Positions 54,577-61,665 of a DNA stretch of 64,000 bases are shown here, piece after piece. Both the position numbers and the translations under genes were made by a program. The notes under the pieces were generated by a model. That model worked only from the letters and a program-made list of their open reading frames with translations, was not told the origin of the DNA and ran no database searches. The first letter of the stretch is position 1. Every line of letters starts with the position of its first letter. Location: sequence record MZ475892.1. The stretch is one strand, 5' to 3'.

Positions 54577-54759
54577 GTGAAGACCACCAACGACCTGATT
54601 AAAGAATTAAAGCAACATCGTGTTATCATCATTGAAGAACACGACAAGCATATTCTGCCTGACCTGACATTCGCCCTGAGTTGCTTATGCATCGATCATA
54701 CTAAGCGTGTGGTCGAAACAAAGCGTAGTGCTCAGGCAACCAAAATCAAACTCGCATGA
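54577..54759 (+). CDS. hypothetical protein
   Basis: 60-aa ORF, GTG start. Confidence 0.55.
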   Translation: MKTTNDLIKELKQHRVIIIEEHDKHILPDLTFALSCLCIDHTKRVVETKRSAQATKIKLA

Positions 54760-54766
54760 GGTTACT

Positions 54767-55204
54767 ATGAAATTTGATCAAGCACCAACGAAAGCACAAC
54801 TCGTGCTGCTGGCCCTCGCTCTCGAATCCGTTCTCCTCTCTATGGAGAAAACGTTTATCAACCGTAATCTGCTGGAGCAGTTACTTGCGAAGTACGGCAT
54901 CTCGTTTAACGATCTGAAAGAGTTGCGAGAGTACGGCGAAAAGCATTCCGCCATCGGTACCAGCGTTGCTCAAGTTATGGAGATAGCTGCCTTGCATGTG
55001 GCTCATCTGAAAACAGAACCTGTGCCTGAATACAGTCAAGACGACCTTGATCTAATTCGCGTAGAATACGAGCCAATCGATACGTCTGTCCTACGCCAGG
55101 GCGCTGTGAATGATGGGGTTATCACAGTGCAGCAAGCAGCCACTTTTGAGCGCGATCAGATACTGACTGCTATTCTTGAGTACCGACTGCGCTCAGAAGC
55201 ATAA
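54767..55204 (+). CDS. hypothetical protein
   Basis: 145-aa ORF, GAGG SD. Confidence 0.75.
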   Translation: MKFDQAPTKAQLVLLALALESVLLSMEKTFINRNLLEQLLAKYGISFNDLKELREYGEKHSAIGTSVAQVMEIAALHVAHLKTEPVPEYSQDDLDLIRVEYEPIDTSVLRQGAVNDGVITVQQAATFERDQILTAILEYRLRSEA

Positions 55205-55207
55205 ATC

Positions 55208-55251
55208 TGGACAAAATCGTGGTTGTAGCAAAAACCGTCCTATGTTATAAT
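55208..55251 (+). promoter_or_regulatory. early promoter (WGG..AAAT class)
   Basis: AAATCTGGACAAAAT; 32 nt to TATAAT; TGT extended -10; TTGTAG at -35. Confidence 0.8.
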
Positions 55252-55287
55252 AGAGATGTAGCGTAGACGTGAGGTATGCGCTATAAA

Positions 55288-55378
55288 TTGAATGACGCGT
55301 TTTTGCTTGACTGTAAGGTAGCGGTATCTTACAGTCCTTTTTCAAGTGGCTTCGAAGTTTGAGGCTTCTTGCGAAAGG
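55288..55378 (+). ncRNA. two-hairpin structured RNA element, copy A
   Basis: stem1 GACTGTAAG/CTTACAGTC (55309-55336) abutting stem2 (55337-55378); homologous to copy B. Confidence 0.6.
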
Positions 55379-55460
55379 TCAAATGTACCTTTGAGCGTTT
55401 TCGGATTTACGCGGTTTTCACCGACTGCGCTCTCACTTTAAACCGCAAAGGAAATACATC

Positions 55461-56282
55461 ATGCCAGAAGCACGCAAACCTCGCCCAGCTGATCGTTTCG
55501 CTAAAGCCCGTGCAGAGAAAAACTCACCGGAGCGTCAAGATGCGGCAGCCCAGCGCACGTATAAAGACACTCCGCCTAAATCTGTTCAGGTGAAACTTGA
55601 TGCTGTGGCAGCTTCTAAGAAGAAAGTTTCTCGCGGCCCCAAGGCCTCTCGTCCACGTCAGTCGCCTGCTGTTGACGCAGCACCAAAGCCTCGCATTCGT
55701 GATGAGGAACGTGTGTACAATCTCGTACACATGATTCTCTCTGCGTGGAAAGCCGATGCAGAAAACGCGGCAGCAAGTGTGGGAATCATTAAAGTGTCTC
55801 GTCGTAAGATTGAGGGTGCGTTACGCGATCTCAAGAATACGCGCTTCACTAAAATCCCAGGCTTAATCAATGACGTGCTTGTCTACAATGAACTGGTAGC
55901 TGAGTTCGGACAGTGGGTGTACGTCGAGCACGACAGTCCTGATTGGATTTTTGTGCGCCTGCCTGAAAACAGCACGCCTGTGATTCGCGCTGACATTAGC
56001 TATGCCAAGACGGGTGAAACTTCCACGTCTGTTTCGACTTCTAGTGAAGTTCTGCTGAAAGATCTTAGCGAAGACGAAGAAGATGAGATCCCCGAGAATG
56101 TCGAGTACGACGATGCGGACGAGACTGACGAAGACGAAGAGGAGCCGTATGACTACAGCGCTTGGTCTCTGCGTGACCTGCAGGAGTATGCGAAGCGCTA
56201 TGACTTCTTGCAGCCCGACACTGAGGGGTTCGATGATCGCGAGAAGTTGATAGCAGCCATCGAGCTGGGGGAACAGCACTAA
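55461..56282 (+). CDS. protein with basic N-terminus, acidic linker and C-terminal HeH-like module
   Basis: 273-aa ORF; YSAWSLRDLQEYAKRY...DREKLIAAI. Confidence 0.8.
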   Translation: MPEARKPRPADRFAKARAEKNSPERQDAAAQRTYKDTPPKSVQVKLDAVAASKKKVSRGPKASRPRQSPAVDAAPKPRIRDEERVYNLVHMILSAWKADAENAAASVGIIKVSRRKIEGALRDLKNTRFTKIPGLINDVLVYNELVAEFGQWVYVEHDSPDWIFVRLPENSTPVIRADISYAKTGETSTSVSTSSEVLLKDLSEDEEDEIPENVEYDDADETDEDEEEPYDYSAWSLRDLQEYAKRYDFLQPDTEGFDDREKLIAAIELGEQH

Positions 56283-56291
56283 GCACAAATA

Positions 56292-56336
56292 TGGACAAAA
56301 TAGTGGTAGCATCTAAAGCATGACCTGTGCTACACT
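56292..56336 (+). promoter_or_regulatory. early promoter (WGG..AAAT class) with no ORF before the next promoter
   Basis: AAATATGGACAAAAT; 33 nt to TACACT; TGC extended -10. Confidence 0.75.
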
Positions 56337-56341
56337 ATAGA

Positions 56342-56460
56342 TCGAATGCCTTGTAGTTTTTTGACTGTGAGTTACTTTCCGGCTCACAGTCCTTTTTAAA
56401 GTGCTCTCCCAAGAACGCTTTAAAAAGCACAGACTGCCTGCGCTTTTGATAGACAGCATA
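56342..56460 (+). ncRNA. two-hairpin structured RNA, copy B (stand-alone sRNA candidate)
   Basis: stem1 GACTGTGAG/CTCACAGTC (56363-56391) abutting stem2 CTTTTTAAAGTG/CGCTTTAAAAAG (56392-56427). Confidence 0.65.
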
Positions 56461-56464
56461 AATC

Positions 56465-56508
56465 TGGACAAAATCATGGTTGTATCAGAATGCTGCCTGT
56501 CATACACT
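56465..56508 (+). promoter_or_regulatory. early promoter (WGG..AAAT class)
   Basis: AAATCTGGACAAAAT; 32 nt to TACACT; TTGTAT at -35. Confidence 0.75.
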
Positions 56509-56569
56509 TTAATGAGTCGAGCAATAGTGCTCGCAACAAACTAAATCCCAATACTGAGGAGTATTACAC

Positions 56570-58162
56570 ATGGCACGTTTCGAAACTAACACTAACCTGG
56601 TTGGCAAAACTATCGTCCTGCTGAACGGCACCAAAGCGAAGATTGAAGACGCTATCGTTTCTGGCTACAAAGTGAAAGGCCAGACCAAGCGCATCGCAAC
56701 CCGTGACGTTATCAAAGAGGGTGCGCACTTTAAAGAAATCGAGCGCACGCCGCTGAGCCAGCTGGAAGATACTGGTGAAGGTTATGTGAAGTTGAAAGAA
56801 GCCAAAGCTGCTTCTAAGAAAGCGCCTGCGAAAGACGCTAAAGCTACTGGCAAAAAAGCTGCGGCAAAAGACAAGCCTGCTAAGACCAGCAAAAAAGCTG
56901 CCGCTAAAGATAAGCCAGCGAAAGAGCAAGAGCCGAAAGTTCGCCGTAAGTCTGCGAAAGAGCAGGGCAACGATTATCAGGAACTCGCGCAGGCTATCAT
57001 CAAAGGCGGTCGCCGTGCAGCGCCAGTTGAAATTGACAGCGTAGACGAAGCGCTGACCGATGCAATCGCTAAGCGTCTGACCGCTGTTGTCGAATCGTCT
57101 GAGATTGCGAAACTCGCCGCTGATAACAAAACGCCGATCGCTAACGCACTGACCGTAACTTACGGTGCTGAGTTTGCGACTGATGCAAACGTTGTGCAGA
57201 TTACGCTGAACCTGCAATACGCTAAGCCGACTGCTGTTGAGTCTGCCGCTCCTACTCTGGAGAATGCCGAAGCAATCGCAATGCGTGCTGCTAAAATGGC
57301 CGCGCCGAAAGTGAGCGCTAAACTCAAGAAGGCAGTGCGTGAAGCATTCGATATTGAAACAGACCTTGAGCTGGGTACTGTGATTATGTCAGGCGATGAT
57401 CAATTCGCTTACTACGGCGAAAGCGCGAAGCACGCTGGCAAAGCGCTGCTGTATGTTGTCGAAACTGACAAGTTCAAATCTGTCTTGGCCTCTACTCTGA
57501 CCGACTACGAACTGCCTGCTGATGAAGAAGCTGAGGCAGAAGAAGAGGAGGAAGAAGAAGAAGAGGAGGAAGAAGAACCCGCTGATGACTTCGACGACGA
57601 AGAGGAAGAAGATGCGGACGATGCAGATGATGCCGACGATGCTGATGGCGACGACGACGAATTCCAGTACGTTGCTGTAGGCGATGAACACTTTGCTCTG
57701 GTCAACAAAAAGATCACAGCCAAGTATCACGATGCACTGGCTGAGCAATTCGGCGTTAGCACCGAAGCGCTGGTCCCAGGCTTAGTGTTGACCAACGGCG
57801 AGATCACTTTCGCTTATCTGGGCAACGATAGCAAAGGCGGCCTGCTCGTTATCGACCTCGACGACGATGCGGACGAAGACGACAACGTTCTGGTCTACCC
57901 GAAAGCCGACGTTAAATCTCTGACCGACTTCTCTCCTGTGCTGGGTGATGCAGATGAAGAAGACGCAGACGATGCAGAAGAGACCGACGAAGAAGACGAA
58001 GATCAGGACGACGACTTCGAATTTGACGATGCGCCGACTGCCGACCTCGAAGATCTGTCCGACGATGAGCTGCGTGACCGCGCTGTTGAGATGGGCCTGA
58101 CCACTGTACGCAAAGCTGACAAAATGAACGCCAAGCAACTGCGTGCGCTGCTGTCTGAATAA
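56570..58162 (+). CDS. modular protein: N-domain, K/A-rich H1-like linker, duplicated beta-domain, acidic tracts, C-terminal HeH-like module
   Basis: 530-aa ORF, GAGGAG SD; paralogous to 58238..59524. Confidence 0.85.
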   Translation: MARFETNTNLVGKTIVLLNGTKAKIEDAIVSGYKVKGQTKRIATRDVIKEGAHFKEIERTPLSQLEDTGEGYVKLKEAKAASKKAPAKDAKATGKKAAAKDKPAKTSKKAAAKDKPAKEQEPKVRRKSAKEQGNDYQELAQAIIKGGRRAAPVEIDSVDEALTDAIAKRLTAVVESSEIAKLAADNKTPIANALTVTYGAEFATDANVVQITLNLQYAKPTAVESAAPTLENAEAIAMRAAKMAAPKVSAKLKKAVREAFDIETDLELGTVIMSGDDQFAYYGESAKHAGKALLYVVETDKFKSVLASTLTDYELPADEEAEAEEEEEEEEEEEEEPADDFDDEEEEDADDADDADDADGDDDEFQYVAVGDEHFALVNKKITAKYHDALAEQFGVSTEALVPGLVLTNGEITFAYLGNDSKGGLLVIDLDDDADEDDNVLVYPKADVKSLTDFSPVLGDADEEDADDAEETDEEDEDQDDDFEFDDAPTADLEDLSDDELRDRAVEMGLTTVRKADKMNAKQLRALLSE

Positions 58163-58237
58163 GTAACCTGTAGTTCTGAATACATGCGGCTCGAAAGGGC
58201 CGCACACTGACAACAAAGTTGATTGAGGAATCACATT

Positions 58238-59524
58238 ATGTCAAACGCAAACAAAATTCTGCTTAACGCTCGTGTACGCCGCTTAGACGGTACTGTTACT
58301 TACATCAACAAAGTGAATGCTAACGGTTATAGCACCGATGCGAAAGGCCCGCAGATTCCTGTCAAGCGCATTGTGTTTGCAGGCAAGATGCTGAAAGAGA
58401 TTGAACAGCCCTTTGAGAAAGGCGAGCACGTCATTGTGCAGGGCGTTGCAGTGAAGCTGAACAAGCGCCAGCAACGTGAGCTTGCTGATGGCACTCTCGA
58501 TGAGAAAGCGCTGCGTCCTGAGTTCGGTAAGCTGGCAGTGATTGACCCTGATACAGGCAAAGCAACTGACGGCAAGAAAGTGAAGCCAACCAAGTCTGAT
58601 GCTAAAGCCCCGAAAGCTGGCGCGAAAGCAAGTCTGAAAGCAACGCGTGAGCACAACAAAGAGCCGAAGCGCAGTCGCAAACAGCACAAAGCTGAAACGA
58701 ACGATCTCAAAGACAGTCTGGACATTATCGACGAACGCAAATCACCGAAAGCGTCTCTGATTGAACGTCTGGATGCAGCAATCGCCGAAGCGAAAACGAA
58801 AGCACGCCGTAAGCTGTTAGCCGAAACGTTCGACATGGACTGGGCTGATATTAAAAAGCATGGCGGTGCAGGTATCGTTAAGCAGCACGGCCGCAAGAAC
58901 GCCCAGAAGTTTATTGATCGTCAGACAGTGCAGGTCGATAGCACAACGTTCATCAAACAAATGCCAGCGCCGCTCAAGCGTCTTATTCAGGACACTGAGT
59001 TGCGTCTCAATCAAAAGCAGATTGAGCAAGTGCTTGGTGCGCTGGGGCTTGATACGCAATTCTACGCAGTCGCCGTGCAGGAGCTGCTGGGCAAACTCAA
59101 ACTGTCCATAGGCGGTCGCGTGATCGAAGGCGAAGTTGTTCGAAAGGAGAACACGCCGAAGCCAAAAAGGTTCGTACACGCTGAGGCGCTATATGCAGAC
59201 AAGAAAGAAGCGAAACGCCGCGTAAGCAAAATGAAATATGCGCTGCTGATTCCGCCTACGAAAGGTCTGCCTGCGTTACGCATCCATCAGGCAGAGGCAA
59301 AGCAGTCACTCGCCGTTCTGCTGCACCTGAAGCCTGGGAACATCAAGCGTGGTCTGCTTGCGTATGACAACAAAGGCCGTGAGTATATGTATGTCGCTTG
59401 CGATATGACGGGCCCTGTGTTCATCGATAAAGATAGCAACGAACTGGCGTTCACGTATGCCAATCTGATCGATAACTTCAAACTCAAAGCGCAGCCTGTG
59501 TCTGAACTGGACGTGGCCGTATGA
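58238..59524 (+). CDS. basic paralog of the upstream acidic modular protein
   Basis: 428-aa ORF; shares N- and C-terminal domains with 56570..58162. Confidence 0.8.
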   Translation: MSNANKILLNARVRRLDGTVTYINKVNANGYSTDAKGPQIPVKRIVFAGKMLKEIEQPFEKGEHVIVQGVAVKLNKRQQRELADGTLDEKALRPEFGKLAVIDPDTGKATDGKKVKPTKSDAKAPKAGAKASLKATREHNKEPKRSRKQHKAETNDLKDSLDIIDERKSPKASLIERLDAAIAEAKTKARRKLLAETFDMDWADIKKHGGAGIVKQHGRKNAQKFIDRQTVQVDSTTFIKQMPAPLKRLIQDTELRLNQKQIEQVLGALGLDTQFYAVAVQELLGKLKLSIGGRVIEGEVVRKENTPKPKRFVHAEALYADKKEAKRRVSKMKYALLIPPTKGLPALRIHQAEAKQSLAVLLHLKPGNIKRGLLAYDNKGREYMYVACDMTGPVFIDKDSNELAFTYANLIDNFKLKAQPVSELDVAV

Positions 59525-59907
59525 GAACTGAAATCATCGTAGCGGGAGTTCTCTCTCAACTTTACACGCGGCTGATTACGGCCGCTATAATGAAAGCGCA
59601 TGTGTATTACTCAGACCTTGCGCCGGTGGTATTCGGTGTGCAGCTTACCAAAGTCGGTAAGTCGCAGTATCAAGCGCTGTGGGATTTAGTAGCGCTGACG
59701 ATGCAGATGGACCACGCACACGGCCGACCGCCTGTTGCTGCTCTGTATGTGTCTCGCGCTAATGCATCAAAACGACCGCCGCAAGCATTCTTCGCTGAAT
59801 ACGAGCGGCTAACTGGTAAGCGACTCAATGACGACGACTGGGAAGAGTTAGTCGATGAAGTATGGGCAGCTTACTCTCCACCAGAAATCTGTCAGGAGCC
59901 GACATGA
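59521..59907 (+). CDS. hypothetical protein
   Basis: 128-aa ORF, ATGA overlap. Confidence 0.7.
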   Translation: MRTEIIVAGVLSQLYTRLITAAIMKAHVYYSDLAPVVFGVQLTKVGKSQYQALWDLVALTMQMDHAHGRPPVAALYVSRANASKRPPQAFFAEYERLTGKRLNDDDWEELVDEVWAAYSPPEICQEPT

Positions 59908-60362
59908 AGAAGTTGAAAGCCGTAAAGGTTAAAATTAGCCGCGGTGGTTATAAGCCTTCTTCTAAGGAAGAGGCAAAGAAGCTGGTGGCAGAGTTTCTGC
60001 TCGGCACCATCGGCATTAGCCCAACGCAAGTCAGTCAACAACTGCTGTTGAATATCACGAACTACAACTATTTGACCTCTGTTGCGTATTCTGGACGTTC
60101 TACAGATTACAGCCAGGCGGCAGCGCACAAAACTGTAAAAGAACTAAATGAATTTTGTCGAAAGCATAAAATTCAACTGGGCTTGCTAATTATGCCCCAC
60201 ACGTCGGCGTCTGAATATGATGGTGACGTAATTGTTGCAATCCCGTGGGAGCATGTTAAGAACAATCCGCAAATCCAGTCTGCCGTTAATTCTCTGTTTG
60301 AATCGGTTGAAGCAGACGGCTACCCACAGTATGTGACTGATGCTAAAACAGTAGAGGGATAA
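59904..60362 (+). CDS. hypothetical protein
   Basis: 152-aa ORF, AGGAG SD. Confidence 0.75.
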   Translation: MKKLKAVKVKISRGGYKPSSKEEAKKLVAEFLLGTIGISPTQVSQQLLLNITNYNYLTSVAYSGRSTDYSQAAAHKTVKELNEFCRKHKIQLGLLIMPHTSASEYDGDVIVAIPWEHVKNNPQIQSAVNSLFESVEADGYPQYVTDAKTVEG

Positions 60363-60363
60363 G

Positions 60364-61644
60364 ATGTTCTACGACTATGTATTCAACTTCGACGAGCGCC
60401 AGACGCTACTGTCGTTAGCGGAATCCAAGTATCTTCTTAAACGGGACATTCCCGAGTATCTTAAAAAGTCCAAACACGCAATTGAGATTCGTCACACTGT
60501 GACCAATCGTGGACGCGAGCGCCGCTCAGGAACAATAACAACTCCTATCGTGCCGCGTATTCACACCCGTGATGTTATGCGCTTGCTTGATGATATTCGT
60601 GACAACGCGACTTACAGCTCCTGCCAAAGTCTCGCTGAACTGTTTGAATTGGGCTTGGGCGTTCCGCGCCAGAAAGATATTGCTACTTACCTTCATGCTT
60701 ATTCGCGTGAGCACGATAAGAAAGGTATCGGTATCAAGTATATCCGCAAGCTGGTGGTTGATTATCATCGTAAGCACCGTCGTAGTATGGCGGGCAGTCG
60801 CTGGTTAATGCCTGCTGCTTACACGGCCAATCTGCTGAACATGCAGAACTTCATTCATCTGAAAGAAGACGGCTACAAGGGTAAAGTCAAAACGCCAGAC
60901 GGCATCCCTGTAGTCTTGATTTACCAGAGCACTGAATACGCGACTGGCGAGTTTACTCTGTGTGACGCATTCATGATTAGTCCGATGGGATATCCAATGC
61001 CGTTCGCACAGATTGCGCTGCGTCCCGAGTTCAAGGCTGTGCCTAAAACGTTTTGCTCCCAAGCTCTGCGTGGCAAAGGCATGTACTCAATGGTTCTCGG
61101 TATGATTTACTGGGAGAAAGGTGATTCAGTCGAATTGACACGCGAAGTCATGGAGATTGATGACAACCAGTATCTCACGTTGCTCGATGATGAACGTTAT
61201 GCTGACCGCCGCTCTGATGAATATTCAGCGATGCTGGTCAAGCGTGAAGAGTTCCGTCGCAATCGTGACAAGTGGCAGTCAGTGATTGATAAGTACGGCC
61301 AGACAGTTCGAACCCTCAAGCCTGAGATTAGCGCTCGTCTTGATCGTGCTCGTCAGTTCTTCTACGACCGCTCCGAGTTCCTGAAAGAGTTCGAGTCTCA
61401 GGAGAAGCGTGAGAACACCCGCGCATCAAAACGTTTTGCTGTAGCGTCTGCGATGTTTGCTGCGATTGACTGTGGGACAATTGCTGATCGTCAGACCTAC
61501 CTTGCAGTGAGCACAAAGATTGATAAAGTGCATGACATTCTCGGTAAGTGGGGATTCAACACTGTAAAATCTGTTAATGCTAGTTTGAAGAAGTCTCTTT
61601 TAACCTATGACGAATCAGGCGTATCTCGCGTCTGGTCACTATAA
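60364..61644 (+). CDS. hypothetical protein (single Sel1-like segment)
   Basis: 426-aa ORF; CQSLAELFELGLGVPRQKDIA. Confidence 0.75.
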   Translation: MFYDYVFNFDERQTLLSLAESKYLLKRDIPEYLKKSKHAIEIRHTVTNRGRERRSGTITTPIVPRIHTRDVMRLLDDIRDNATYSSCQSLAELFELGLGVPRQKDIATYLHAYSREHDKKGIGIKYIRKLVVDYHRKHRRSMAGSRWLMPAAYTANLLNMQNFIHLKEDGYKGKVKTPDGIPVVLIYQSTEYATGEFTLCDAFMISPMGYPMPFAQIALRPEFKAVPKTFCSQALRGKGMYSMVLGMIYWEKGDSVELTREVMEIDDNQYLTLLDDERYADRRSDEYSAMLVKREEFRRNRDKWQSVIDKYGQTVRTLKPEISARLDRARQFFYDRSEFLKEFESQEKRENTRASKRFAVASAMFAAIDCGTIADRQTYLAVSTKIDKVHDILGKWGFNTVKSVNASLKKSLLTYDESGVSRVWSL

Positions 61645-61665
61645 CCCTTATCTGAGGAGATAAAC

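Noticed and set aside
55208-55251. TGGACA read as a canonical -35 box
   Set aside because: It lies 32-33 nt from the -10, far from the 17-nt spacing; treated as an upstream element
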